Below are positions 1 through 13,760 of a DNA stretch of 64,000 nt, in pieces. Below the pieces are notes generated by a model. It was not told the DNA's origin and did no database searches. It saw nothing but the letters and a program-made list of their open reading frames with translations. Position numbers and translations under genes: made by a program. Every line of letters starts with the position of its first letter. Positions within the stretch are counted from its first letter, which is position 1. The stretch lies in NCBI GenBank assembly GCA_964106915.2, contig OZ066926.1, one strand, 5' to 3'. This stretch comes from Podarcis gaigeae. Its lineage: Eukaryota.

Positions 1-886
1 CCAGAGAAATCTACAGAAAGGATGCTGAACCGTACATGCTCACTAGGTGTAACGGGAATCACACACACTGAAAAACATGAGATTTCATATGAAGTGACAT
101 GCAGTGTTTTGCATTGACTATACGCACATGTATGTACTGGCAAGGAGAGTTCCCACCTGCACAGACTCCACATTTCTGGGGGGAGAGGAGGATTATGCCA
201 ATAAAAATTGCTTCCCATGCACCTCAGTGCAATAACAGAACCGCACAGAAACGAGTTAAGGATGTGTGTTCTCTTCACTAACTTATTACCAAAGAATCCA
301 AACACATCATCACCAATCTGTGCTGTTATGTACCAGAGAAAACCCAGCCTTCATCCAAGAGGATCTGAAGGAATTCACTAACACACCAACCAGAGGGCTT
401 AAAAGTTAAGCATCTGCAATGCACATCAGGTGCTAGAAAACAGCCATTCCGCTGCCCCTCAAGGAAAGGCCACAAGCTCACACCCAGGCCAAAGTTGTCC
501 AAAGTAACACAACACTGGGCGAATCATCCAGAGTGGGAACCCAAAAGAGCAGCATGACATTAGCGAGATTCTCTTTTACTTAGGACCAGCCAAGCAGGTT
601 ACAAGCTCCTTAATTGCACAGAACTCCGGGGCTGCCGGGGAAGAGCCCTGTGTAACTCTGAGGCTTCCATCCTCTTAGAACTACAGTATTAGCTGATCGG
701 AGCCATGATAACCCCTCTCCTCATTTTGAGTCTCTAATGCAGATGGACACACAGAGAGAGCAACCTGCCTTGAAGCGAAGGAAAGGCGATTCCCAAGCAG
801 GACAATGTAGCAGCTGTGTTACTAGCAGGGATTTCAGCGCCCTGTTGGGAAGGGAGGTGGGCTAAGCGGGGGTCTGTATCTCTCAC

Positions 887-1174
887 CTTGCTGTTAGAAT
901 CCCACCGGAGCTTTGAGATCCTTGCTCTTCCACCGCACCTGCATCGCTTTCCTGCTTTTTATTCTTAGTTATCTCTCCTTTTTCTCTCGCTCCAACCTTC
1001 CAAGGGGTGGCTGGGAGTTGGGATGGGATGTCACCCGTTCCCTCTTTCTTAAGGGAGGGTATCTTCTTGAAGGGCCGGTGACTACGCGACCCCCAAGCGA
1101 CGATGGGTCTCTATCGCGGAAGGCCCCATTCAGAAGTTTGCTTCATCCAAAAAGTGGGAGAAGGAGAAGAAGAG

Positions 1175-1225
<51 letters not shown>

Positions 1226-2530
1226 TGAGAGGAGAAGGGGCTGCAGTCTTCTTCGAGGAGGGGGGACACGACAGAATGAAAGAGGGAGAAGGAGGGAGCT
1301 CTGGGAAGGGGGGGGGGGGCGACGAATGCAGCAGCCAGCCGCGGTTCTGTGGGGTGGGAGCAGGAGGGCGAGCTGGCGGTGGTCAATATGGAGCTGGGGG
1401 CCGGAGGAGCCGAGCTGGGGGGCCGGAAGAAGGAATGCAGCAGGAGGGAGACGGGGAATGACAGGATGAAAAAGGGAGCCAAGCGGACGAATGCAGCAGG
1501 GGGAAGAAGGGAGCGCGCGAGCAGACGACAGAACGAGGGACGCAGAAGGAGAGGAGGGGAAGAGGCAGAGGGGCGAAGAGAGGGGTGCAGGAGAGGGGGG
1601 AGGCGGAGGGGGGTTGGAAAGGGGTGCAGCGGATGGGGGAGGGGGACAGGGAAGCCCTCGAAGGGACGAAGGAATCGGGGACGCGGAAAAGGGGGAGAGA
1701 ATAGAAGAGGGATCCCGGCAGAAGGAGAGAGAGGGAAGGAAAGGAAGAGGGTCCGGAGGAGGAGGAGAGGGGAGTGCTATGGGGGGGGGGTGTTTCCAGG
1801 CAGGAGGCAAAGGACTGAAAAAGCCACGCAATGGCGAGAGGCTCGGGGGGGGGGGGTGGGCAAGGGAATGCAGCAGCAGAGAAAGGGAGAACGGGCGAGT
1901 GGGGAGCGATCAGAAATCGCAGCAGGAGGAAAACCCGTTTGGGGAGGGGAGTCAGGGAGCGCAGCAGAGATGCGGGTAAAAGAGGGAGGGGGATAATTAA
2001 ATCAATAAGTCCCAGTTGGGGGAAAGGAGGGTCTCCCTGAGCCAAAGATAGCCTCGTTATCTGGAGGGCGACCCCCAAAAGGGGGGGAGAGAAGGGTGGC
2101 TGTGCAGGGGGGGGGGATCGTTGGATGGAAAAAGAGAGCGGGCGAGGGGGGCTGCGGTGGAGGCGCGTCGGAGGAGGGAGGAGGAGGGAGCCCGAGAGAG
2201 AGAAAGGCTGCTACCGATTTTGTCCTGGGGGGCTTCGATCGGGCAGTGATGCCGCAGTCGGGTGCCGAGAGGTGGCTGCCTGTCTCTCGGTCCCCCTCCC
2301 TCCTGCTTTCCCCCTCTCTCCCTCTCTCCCTCTCACACACTCGCACACTCACACGCACGCACACAAACACACAGGCTGGCACGCACAGGGCGCCCCCGCG
2401 GCCGGATCCCGCACGATCACGGGATCTGCTTGGCTGGGAACTGACGAGGTGCGCGAGGAGAATTCACAATCGCCCCAGCCCAGCACACACACACACACAC
2501 ACACCCCAGCCCGGCTCCCTGCAGCTGGCC
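887..2530 (-). other. Putative long non-coding first exon (5' leader) of an unidentified minus-strand gene that continues off the left edge
   Basis: Strong minus-strand donor CAAG|GTGAGA (intron starts 886). CpG-rich, pyrimidine-rich leader on minus. The last ATG before the donor (MQVRWKSKDLKAPVGF*) stops before it. The 5' boundary is approximate. Confidence 0.5.
1177..1221. repeat. (GA)n microsatellite
   Basis: Direct read of the sequence. Confidence 0.95.
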
Positions 2531-2830
2531 GTGATGTCAGAGGGACCACTCTTAAAGGGACACAACGCCCCGGCTTCCCGCCCCGACCTCGCCAACCGGG
2601 GGGGAAGTGGGCTCGTCTGCTGGGTGGTGTGTGTGTGACAGAGAGAGACAGAAAGCGGATAGATCTGAATAGGAGAGGAACGCACACGACAGATAGCAAG
2701 CGAGCAGGATGTAGCGGTGAATATCCGAAACGTGGGGAATGTCGACATTCTCCACATGTCTGACACTCGCGGTAACATTCGCTCTGCCCGCATTCACATG
2801 TGTGTGGAGCGCGCGTGTGTTGGTCTAGAC
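2380..2830 (-). promoter_or_regulatory. CpG-rich promoter of the left-hand minus-strand gene
   Basis: High CpG density; minus-strand CCCTTTAAGAG (TATA-like) at ~2549-2559 followed by TGACATCA (CRE/AP-1-like) at 2532-2539. Confidence 0.45.
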
Positions 2831-4606
2831 TGTCGACAGTCAGATATAAAAATCAGCCTTCACCAAATTTCGGACAATGAGCTAGCCTGGATGTCTGCGT
2901 ATGTTTTGGTACACACACACACACACACCCCACAACACATACGTGTGCCTTAGTGCGGGCATCTGAGCCCAATACATTCACAAAACCGACCTGGGATTGT
3001 CAGCATTTCGTCTATGAAAGCGAAGAGCTAACCGATCTTTGGACAGTCATTGTAGTCTATGGAAGTGTTTTTTCTCTCTTGGTACCTGTCATATACAACA
3101 ACTATTATTACCATCATCATCATTATTACCTTTATCAGCACCACCAAAGATTCACAGCTGATGCTGCTGGGATAATGGCAAGTAAATACAGTTCGTTAAA
3201 AATGTTAATGATAACAAAGCCAGACACCCACAACTGGCACCTGCGCCAGAGCACCACCTTGTTTTCTGCACACCTCTCTGAAATGCACGTAAATCTCCTT
3301 CTCACCACCACGCGGGCGCGGAGTCCCCCCTGGTGTGAGCATCAGGATGGGTGGCGAATGGAGAAAAGAGGTTTTGTAATGAGCCTTCATACGAGGAGTT
3401 CCTAGGACTGGCCGTGAGGGGACTGAGCGTCGATGCTCTCTGGAGCCAGAAATCTTGAAAAGGGGAGGGAGATCTGGCTTGGTTTTCTTTTTTCCTTTTT
3501 GTAGTTTCGGTTCCTGAGGTCTCTTCGGAAGCTGAAGGGACTCCAGCCGAAGTCAGGAGGGACTCCTGGTCTCTCTCAATGAGAGCCTCGTTCAGTACAC
3601 AACAGAAGATAATCCTGTTGACCCACAAGAAATGACCCAATCCCATATTATGGCGAAACCTTTATCAGATCCTCATTGGATATCATGGCCTTATGAAGCT
3701 TATTGCCATAGTTATTAATATGAGTTTTGGTCACGTTGGAAGCTTTAGATTCCTTGGATCTCCTAGTGGTAATCTAGTGAGTTCACAGAACTGGGTTTTT
3801 GGGTTCCCTTGGTATGTGGAGGAAGTAAATGGGAAGAAACTGGGAGAGGAGCATCTGTAGACAACTGGGAGGCAAGAAACGAGCCAGCAGCTGTCATAGC
3901 TGAGGATGATGGGAGTTGTAGTCTCCAAAACATCTGAGGGGCACCTGGTTGCGGAAGCCTGAGTCACAGGAGAGACACATCAGTGGGTTTTAAAAATTTA
4001 TTGTTGTGATTTATTCATCACCTTCCGTACATGTCCCAAGGCGATGCACAAAATAGGATTGAAACAGCTAAATAGCAGTTACAAAAATAAACAGAAACAA
4101 TGCAGAATGAACACCGTATGGGAGACACTTATTCATCCAGCTGGGTGGAGCAAAAATGTCTTCTGGGGAAATGTAGAGAGTGGGCGCCTGGTCTATCTCA
4201 ACAGGGGGCGCTGTTCCACAGAGCAGGGGCAGCCACACTGAAACCCCCGGATACCTCAAAATTTATTGTTTGGAGCTGAGCTTCTGACCATTGCAGGAAA
4301 TAAGAGCCAGTGCTCAAGGAAAGTGGCAATAGGTAAAGGGCCCCAGAGGCTGATGGGAAGTGAGGGCCTGAGACAGTGGGAGCAAGCTGTAGGAGCTTGT
4401 GGGAACCTGAGGAGCAATGAAACTGATGAGGCTGGGTGGGAAGGAAGAAAGGGACTGAGACTCAGGTAGGCGCAGCTGTAGGGGTGAAGGAAGAAGGAGG
4501 GTCTGTTTCAACATTTCAGCATGCTTTAATCTGATCCTCTGTGTGTGGGAGTTAGGACTATTCAGGCCCCACACTTTGCACATGCTTAGAGGCACTCTTT
4601 TTAGTA

Positions 4607-4837
4607 CAGTGGTACCTTGGGTTACAGTCACTTCAGGTTACAGACGCTTCAGGTTACAGACTCTGCTAACCCAGAAATAGTACCTCGGGTTAAGAACTTT
4701 GCTTCAGGATGAGAACAGAAATCGTGCGGCAGCAGCAGGAGGCCCCATTAGCTAAAGTGGTACCTCAGGTTAAGAACAGCTTCAGGTTAAGAACAGACCT
4801 CCGGAACGAATTAAGTTCTTAACCCGAGGTACCACTG
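4607..4837. mobile_element. Tc1/mariner (pogo/Tigger-like) MITE
   Basis: Terminal inverted repeats CAGTGGTACCT...AGGTACCACTG; TA on the left flank. Confidence 0.8.
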
Positions 4838-7800
4838 TCCTTCTTCATACACTGACCGTGCCTCTTGAATTTTGGCATGCCATGTATTTGTTTAAAAAGC
4901 AACACAAACACACAGCCGTGCTAGGGGAAAAAGAAGTTGCCAACTTTGCATTTATTTGTTAGTCAACTGTATACCCGCACCTTTCCTCCCAAAGGAGCCT
5001 AGAGCGGCAAACAACAAATGATAAAAAACCCTCTTTAAAACAATTCCAATGCAAATGTAGACTGTAGAAACATGCAAACATTCCCCAGTAAGCCTTCAAT
5101 GAACTTCAAACCACAACCAGGCACTCGAAGAATCTGAAAAGATAAGATACCACAAAACCCCAATTTGCAACCCTGTCCCCTCCAGAAGGCAGCAGGGCCT
5201 TCCCATTCTGTTGCAGAACTGGGCTTCTTTGGTACCAGGTGCTGCAAAAACACCAAATGGCGTCCATTCCTCGCCTTGAGGCATTTTGAGTGGGCGAATG
5301 TAGAGATATATTTATCATCAGACAGTAACAGAACAGAAGCCTCCTTTTATCCTTTTCCCCCCACAGCCCACAAACTCAGCCTCCCTCTGCTCCAGTGACA
5401 GAGATGAGGGAAGATGGAGAGAAATCTCAGAGCTGGTGAGACTGTAAACAGTCAACAGGAGGAAGGTGGCCAAAGGGTAGGCTGGAAACTGCAAAAGTTT
5501 TGGGTTGTTTCTGCAGAAGGTATTTAAAAATCTCCAACTCCTTCTGTGAGATACGATAGGCTGAGATATTTAATTTGTAAAATTAAAGTATCAAATATGC
5601 AAACACGAAGACACAAATCACCTCCTTTATTAAAATCAATAACATGAATACAAAAACAACATATTCCATGATCTGTGGTTGACATACTCCTCTGTTGTTC
5701 TGTTCTTTAATCAAATGTGTGATCAACCAAGCTGTTTACTCTTAATTCTTCATTTACGCCCCCAAAACTGAGAGGTTTTTTTAAAAAGAAAGAAAGAAAA
5801 AGATGCAGAGGTAGTCTTCTCAGGGTTGTTGCCACAGTCACACATCACTTGCTTGCAGACCACTTTGGATCATGCAATGAGGTCATCATTGTGCGTCATG
5901 AGAGGCAGTTGCCACCACCCTGTGACACTTCCTTCTCCTTGCCTTCTCCTTCAGTACTGTGATGTCATCAAACCCAGCATTTCCAGGGCCCTGATCCATT
6001 TCATTGACCATTGCTTGTTAATGGCAGCCAGAGAAACACTGAGTGTGACTGCCACCCCTTTATGAGTATTATCATTATTAATAATAATATTTATACACTG
6101 CTTTTCAACATAAAAGAAATCTGTAAAAAAAAGCAACAATATGAGAGGAATTAAGACCAGTCAAACAAACCATTAAGCAATGAAAACAAAGCATGTAAAA
6201 TCCAGGGATTCTGTATAAAGCAAAAGCTGCCATTTTTATAAAAAAAATCAGCCCTTCCTTCCTTTCTTCCTTTCACACCATCTATGTACATGGTGTTGTA
6301 CAAATAACAAGTTTGAAAGGACTCAGCCCCAAAGGACGTAAAATCTAAAAGAGACCCAGGGAAGCAGCAGGTGAAGGGGGCAAATGGAGACGTGAGGAGG
6401 CAAGGGAAGAATATGTGATTGCATCAATTAAATGTTCTTTAGCTCAGGGCCTGGGCAGCGGGCGATCCAAAGACTTTGTGGGAAATGTGAGGTTTGGACT
6501 TGAAGCAAACAGGACTGGTGGTCACACAGAGGCATTATGGGAGGTGGTTCCAGGCATGGGCGGCAGCAAGAGAAAGTGGGTAGAGTCCATTCAGGGTGCA
6601 GGAGGCCCTTGGACGACTGAGCATGGTAGAGTTGGTTGGGTGAAGATCACAGGAAAGGGCCTTCTAAACTAAGTTAGTGAAATCCCACCTAAAAGAGAGG
6701 AGAAATGGGGGTTGGAGGAGCCCTCTGGAGTGTGTGCTTATGCCTTGAGATCTTCAGACAAAGGGTGGTATACAAATTTAATAAATAAATGATAACCAGG
6801 GGGCCACTGCGAGCAAGGCCCTGTTCCTGGCATCCAGCAATCAGATCTAACCTGGCAACAGGTCCAAGGGAAATCCTCCAGTACTCAGGAAGGCTCAATT
6901 TCCCTGGTGACTTTTTCTACTACTCAATGGTGTCTTCCCTATGTCGTCTACTCTGGGCTACAGATTCATAGAGAGATACATTGGTTTATCAAAGGCCGGA
7001 GCAGCAATATGTGACTGGAGTAACAATCACACAATGACAACATGGCGAAAGTGAGTGAGCTGTAAGTTGATGGCAGCCACAAATGTCCCATCCCTGCATC
7101 TTGCCCGTACCTCATTTGAGCCTGTGCATGCCACCAAGCAGAGATAACAGCTGTGCCTGTTCGCTCCCCACCCCCCAATATTTCAGCAGTATCCCATCAT
7201 GCTACTGCTGGGGTTAACATTTGACATTTTGCTAGAGTGAGCTACCACTGTAGAGAGGCATCAGTGTTTAGCCTCCCTCCCTAGGGTTTCTAGAAGTGGG
7301 TGAATGCATCTGAAATTTGAGTGGGTGGGTAAATGCACTGAGTCCCTTGGGCACACAGAGATGAAATGCATGGGCATGAAAGCTAAGGTGCCATGTAGGG
7401 CACAGCCTGCCATTTTAACACATACCACAGTTACCAAGCATAGCATATTGTCAACCCCGTTTTTCACATCTAGGGAGCTCATAGCTAAGATGAAATTTGA
7501 GTAAAGATGTGAAGGCCAGGGAGGGAGGAGATGTTTGTGGGAAAGACTCAAAAGCATTTCCTCCCTATGAAATGGGGAAATGTGGGTATTTGGGGCAGAG
7601 GTGATTGGGGTTTATATCTTGTGAGCAAGTTTCTGTTTCAGAAGGATGAATGAAATAAGTTTTAAAAGAAGTGACTTGAGCTAATATTGTTACTCAGCCA
7701 ATTCACACTGCCTGCAAACTGTTAGTTCCAAGCTTCATAGGTGGTAATGTTAGTGATGACAGCATCGCTACCATGTTGGATTTGGCGGCTAAGCAATCAA

Positions 7801-8864
7801 CACTCTTTGGTGTTAGAAATGTACTTTCAGAAGTTGCAGAGCATAGGCCATCTTGATGTGTTTCGGTCCAGAAAGGCAGTCTGGGAGTCTGGCAAGTATA
7901 TTGCTCCTACAACAGGGATGGGGAACCTGTGCCCTCCAGATCTCATTGACTCCAACCCATATCGGCCCCGGCCACACAAGCCAATGCTCAGGGATCATGA
8001 GACTGTATTCGAAGGGTGTGGAAGCTCCATCCCAAAGGCCAGATTTGGTCCACCAGGGGTCTCTGTTTGGCCTGCGAGGCCATGTCCCTCCAAACCATGC
8101 CCACTCGCTCCACATTTGATGATGTATGTGATGTCAGGTGTGGGGCAAATACTGATGTGGCTGAAATGGAGCAACTTTGAGCTCCAGGATTGTTCCTTTG
8201 CTGCTGGAGCAAGGAACGCCCCCACTGCTCATCTGTTGGCTTTCAGAGATTCAAAGAGCAGCTCAGAGCTGTTTGCAAAAGGGCTTTCAAAAAGCCCCTA
8301 CACTGCACTTTGAAGTTGCAGCAATCTGAACTTCAATGCACAGCATCATCTGATGTTGTAGTGACACTAGGTGATTGACAGGTGTGTAGTCCTACCCATG
8401 TGTCAAATTTGCCCCCCAGCCCACCCTAGGGTTGGGGGATATAAGGGTCTGGCATGCTGACTAGATTTGCCCTTTGCCAGGCTTGCAGCAGAAGTGCAAG
8501 AGGTGATAAGTAAATAGTCATAGGCTGACAGCCTCAGTTTGAAAAAGTGCTCTGCCCCCCCCATTTCCTTACACATACTTAGGCACCTCCATAGCAAGAG
8601 TCTACAGAGCAGCCTTCACCAACTGGCACCCTCTAGATATTTTGAGCTACAACTCCCATTGGCCCCAGCCAGCACCAGGTTAGCAAAGGTTGCTATAGGG
8701 CTTCATCTCTTGGCTTGCACAAATCTTTTAGAGCGGGGAGTCTGTCCCATCAATCTTGGCCAGTGTGGCCAATGGCTGAGGATGATGGAAAAGGTACAGG
8801 TGTCTCCCCACATATGCACATTTGACCCGTGAGTGACCACATATATATGTGGGGCTGGGAAATA

Positions 8865-9033
8865 CCGTATTTTTTGCACCATAACACTCACTTTTTTCCT
8901 CCTAAAAAGTAAGGGGAAATGTCTCTGCGTGTTATGGAGGGAATGCCTACGGGTGGCATGCCTACGGATTTTCCTCCTCTAAAAACTATGTGCGTGTTAT
9001 GGTCAGGTGCGTGTTATAGAGTGAAAAATACGG
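8865..9033. mobile_element. Tc1/mariner-superfamily MITE
   Basis: TIRs CCGTATTTT...AAAATACGG flanked by TA on both sides. Confidence 0.8.
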
Positions 9034-9777
9034 TAATTAAATCAATTCAAACTGCAAAAAAAGCCACACAAAAAGGGCGAAAATGGCCAAAGAACAGTGA
9101 GAAAGCTGCAAAAATGGAGCAAACAGAGCAATCCCAAGCACTTTGGGGTACCAATATATTTCTGAATCACGGCCAGGCACTCCAGGGTACTGGTCTACCC
9201 CCCCATTGCTGTTTCTACATCATCAGCGATGAGGAAGGCTGAGAGCCACCATTGCCACCATTCATGCCAGTCTGGTAAGTGCTGCTGGTTTTTAAAGGGT
9301 TCCCAGTGGTTTTGAGGGTGTTTGCAGGCTTTTCGGATTATATTCACCACTACATGTGATTTCACATATATGTGCGGTAGCCGGGAATGTAACGTAACCC
9401 CCGTGTAAGTGGGGAGATGCCTGTATGTGCACATGAAACACAGAAGGTTATAACTGACCCCTTGCCAAACTATGAAAGCTCACGAACAAAAGAAGTAGTT
9501 GTCCCCTTGCCCCTTTGGGGGCTGGCTCAGACCTTGCCAGTCTGCGATGCTGCTTAAGGCCGCACCCACTCCTGTTGCCCATTAAATGCCTTGTTAGCCT
9601 GTTCCCAATCTGACCATCACCCTTCTTAAACTATTCCCCCACAACGAGAGCCAGGCGCAATTGTGAAGGAGCTCTGGAAAGTCAAATTTTGAAAAGACGA
9701 TGAGGGGGGGGGAGAAGAGCAAGGGCGGGTGTCAGATATCACTGAACTCAGCACCCAGAGCTCAAAGTGCTGAATTG

Positions 9778-9779
<2 letters not shown>

Positions 9780-9826
<47 letters not shown>
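9780..9826. repeat. (TC)n microsatellite
   Basis: Direct read. Confidence 0.95.
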
Positions 9827-9829
<3 letters not shown>

Positions 9830-10935
9830 CCAAGTACATTTTCCTCCTCTAATAGCTTCATGTTTCCCTTTGCTCAGCTGTCACAGCTCACGTCCCCTTC
9901 AAAGACTCTGCTTTGAAACACAACATTATTTATTGAACAGGCAATTTGCCGGGGATGGGAGGAAGCCGGGGGAAAGAGGTATCCCTGGCCAGTCCTGCAG
10001 ATGACCCTTGATCCCTGGACACCCATAAACCAACGGACCGTTGGCCCTTCCCTCTGGTTTTCCCCAAAACCCCTGGCACAAAACATCTCTCATTTCCTTG
10101 CGGCGTCCCTGGGTTCCCTACGTTTTCGCGATTTGCCGACAACAATGTGCAGCAGCAGCAGCAGTCCTGAAGATTGCTGCAGCGCCCAACAAATCCTGGA
10201 ATGCCATGGTTAACTCCAACTCAGGGCAAGCCCAAGGCATTTTGCTGCCTGAGGCAATAGATGAGAGGCCCCTCTCACCCATTCCATGCTCGGAAGCCGA
10301 CCAGACTGGTTGTTGAATCTCAGTGGATGAGACAACATCCTCCAGAATATCTCAGGGCAAAAGACTTGCTTAGGGGGCACGGGGCAGGCTGTGTGTGACA
10401 CATAGCTTTGCCATCCCAGCAACTCACCGCTGACCCCAACACCTATATCTGCTGCTAGAGGCTGCCACCACATCCTGCCTAATAGTAGAGCTGGCCCTGA
10501 CTCCCACTCTCCCTTAGTGACCAGGAACAGCAGGAGTTACTAAGAATTTAAATGGCCTGGGTCATAGGCTCCCAACATGAATGAGCATAAATGTATGGAA
10601 GGCCTGTGGGTGGGTGGGTCTAGCAGGCAGGTGCCCTAGAAGCAAAGTTTTGTTTTTTTCAAAAAAGGAAGAGGGAAGGAGCAAGAGATCTGGGGCCTGG
10701 GACTTCCCTTTGGGCCAGCCCCTAATAATTAACGCCCCTGCCTGGCATGGTATACATCCCCTGGATCACAGTCCCGATAATTCACTGTCCTTACTTTGGA
10801 TACTTCCAGACTACCTGTTTCCTTGAGCATTCGTCCTGATTTGTTCCTGGGGAGGTTAGATGACATTGCACCAAAGCGAGGACTCAGCTACATTAGTTAA
10901 AAAACAACAGTGTTTTGAATGCATTATAAACATGC

Positions 10936-10953
10936 AACACCAGATGGCGCTGG
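10936..10953 (+). promoter_or_regulatory. Candidate CTCF site (forward)
   Basis: CACCAGATGGCGCTG matches the CTCF core CCASYAGRKGGCRS. Confidence 0.55.
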
Positions 10954-11274
10954 AGAGCAAAACAAAATTCTAGGTGCTTTTCCATAGCTTTTTTTTCCTT
11001 TTGTATTTAATTTCTGACTTATTTATAGTGTTTTTTCCCCTGGGTGTAGATCCACCCAAGTGTTATCCCACACTTTCCAATGCATTTCCCCATCACTTAT
11101 TGCAAAAAGTCCAATCTTTTGGAGAAGCCGGTTTGTTGAAATCAACCGGAATTTGTCATCCCATAATTGAATCCCACCTGAAAATAGTGATAGTCTGGAA
11201 GTGCCCGCTTTTGAGAATGTCTTGTTAAAATGTGTTAGTCCAAGTTGTGAGTGTTGTCGTTCTTCAGAATTCAG

Positions 11275-11308
<34 letters not shown>

Positions 11309-12601
11309 GGGTGCCTAGAAGTTAGATCTCTGAGCAAATGCTTGTGCGTGAACACTAAGGCATAACGCAGTGTACACAACATCAGTTTCAAATGCTAGTA
11401 AGGCTTTGAAACTTCTGTTAACAGATGGTAGGACAATCCTCCCCCCCCCCCCATAAAACACCTTGGTTTTGAAAAGTGGGAAATGACATGTTACTGCACA
11501 CAGCAAATAGAGCCTTTAGCAATATATGGGTGCAATAGGCAGGGTAAGCATGTGTCAAAATAATAACCCCTTGTGTGTATTAAATGTTTCCCCATTTTTG
11601 TCTGTGAAATTATGGAGGGGACAACTAGCAAATTTATGTCACACACACAGCTGTCAATCTGGGTGATAACAACTTCTGAACACTCTTCAACCTCTGATAT
11701 GCTTCTTCAAGAGCAGGGTTTGATTATCTCGCTCACCCCCTTCACTATAGCTCTGAACTGAAGTGGGAGCAGAGCATCTTGACTTGCTGTGTGCATTGTG
11801 CCCAAGAGCCATTGTGAGCTAAGGGCACCCACCCAGGGCTGCGGCACAGCAAGCCTCAGCCCCCTTCTGGTTCTGAGCTTGTTTTCTTCCCTGCCCCTAG
11901 GGGCAGATGGCTCTTTTAATTTTGGTTTCTCTGAGTTTCTCAGTTTTCCAATCTTAGGTTTGGTTCACTGCCCTTGCACATCGGTTTGTAATTTATTTAT
12001 TTAAAGTCCTCATGACAATTTGTCATTATTTTAATGCACAGTTCTCCTACTATATACATTTTTTTACAAGCAATTTGCACACAATTGTGTATGTTGTTTT
12101 CACAAACATGGTGTGGTGTTGTTGTTGTTTTGCATTCTTTACTACACGCTTTTTGTTTGGAAAACTGGCTTGCAGAATTTGGTGAATTCCAAAAGGTAAC
12201 TTTGGGGGGGGGGGTTATTTGCATATTGTTTTAGGAAGGTGCAAATCACCAAATCGAATTTCTGCCCTGTGTGCCTCCTCCTGCCTCAATTCTACGCTTA
12301 GAGCTGGAAAGATGAATAGGTGCTTTCTGCCAGAATTCACGCTGCGTTTTAGAGACATATAGCACAAGGTCAGGGACACTACCTTGTCCTGTGTATGTGT
12401 GTGTGTGTGTGTGTTAGCAACAAGCAAATTTTGGATGGCCACTGAGGCCACCAAAGATTTATCAGCCCCTGCTCAAGAGGTAAAGGAGATCCAGACCTGG
12501 TCTAAATAGAATAAGCAAAAAAAGCTAGCAAATGAAGTGATGAAAAAACTTGAGGTGTTAGTGTGGATTCAGCTGGGGAATCCAGTTTTTGAATTCTCCT
12601 C

Positions 12602-12749
12602 CAGTGCTTTTCTTCTGGGGGGTATGCAGGGGTACGCATACCCCTAAGCATTTTGTGAATCTAAGTTTGGCCTCACTGAAGGGCAGTATTTCAATACGAG
12701 TAGGAAAATAAGAGTACCCCTAAACATTTTTCTTAGAAAAAAAGGACTG
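12602..12749. mobile_element. hAT-type MITE
   Basis: TIRs CAGTGCTTTT...AAAAGGACTG; 8-bp TSD TTCTCCTC / TTCTCCCC. Confidence 0.75.
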
Positions 12750-13312
12750 TTCTCCCCTATGCATGAAACCCCCTACAGTAGAAAAATGGCATGATTGGGA
12801 GAGGGCTGAGCTTGAATCCTCCTCTCTGAAGTGTTTTTAAATTTTATTTCTTGCTTGCAGGGATTAAAATTATTTTCTGAGGTTCTTCTTCTTGTTGTTT
12901 TCACCATACCTAAACAATAACAATTAAACGAGAAGCTGGCTTGCAAGTTCTCTGCATGCGGTGATCAGAAGTGCTTTCCCACTCAGTCTGAAGTGGTCCA
13001 GGTTCATCCCATTATCTCTCCACCGCATCGTTCTGCGGGGTGTGCAGAGCAGGCCTCAAGGGGCTGGGAATCGAAAGAGAGTCAACAGCACTTGTTGGCA
13101 GCAAGGGGGCGGCTTTTGAGTCCTTGTTCTTTCATCCCAACACCAGTTTAAACTGCAAAGCTTTCTCTGCTGTTCCCTAGAGGAACAAAGCATCCTTCGA
13201 ATGAATCATGCGCGCCAGCAGGAGAGCAAGGGTACTGGCCCTGTTTAGAGACCCTTCTGGACTTCGGCCCTAAAGTCCTGCACTGCCGGTAACCAATGCA
13301 AGAGCCTATGAT

Positions 13313-13436
13313 GGATGTAGCTCAGGCAGTAGAGCTTGAGACTCTTAATCTTTTTGGAGGCCAAAAGATTCCTGCATTGCTGGGGGTTAGACTCGATGAC
13401 CCCTGTGGTCCTTTCCAAATCTACTGTTCTATGATT
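13313..13436 (+). mobile_element. tRNA-Lys-derived SINE with CR1-type 3' tail
   Basis: TAGCTCAGGCAGTAGAGC..GAGACTCTTAATC head; GGGGTTAGACTCGATGACC..TTCCAA..TTCTATGATT CR1-like tail. Confidence 0.7.
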
Positions 13437-13760
13437 TTATTATTCTAAGAGAGCGTGTGGCCAGGTAAGAACACCAGGACTTATGGACAAGGCCTCTTAT
13501 GTCTGGATAATCACTTTGCAAGGACAACCTCTGAGCTGTGGCTGTGTAAACATGACATCTCACCAGAAGCTTAAGGTCACATGTCAGAGGTCTTCTCCAT
13601 GTGGTAGAGTTAGCTGGAGACTCTGTGCTGCAGAAAGCAAGGTGAGAGCTTCATCAAGACAGCACAATGTCTCTATTTCGGTGAGAAAGTAAACATGGAC
13701 ACTGCCTAGGCAATGCCTAAATCCAGGTGATTATTAGCTATCAACTAGGTTTTATGACAA

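Noticed and set aside
913-2800. Many overlapping 100-230 aa ORFs on both strands
   Set aside because: Low-complexity G/A-rich sequence lacks stop codons; the translations are G/E/R or P/S/L runs with no domain.
7741-8313. 190-aa plus-strand ORF
   Set aside because: Non-ATG start, no recognisable motif and no supporting splice structure; likely chance or a decayed repeat.
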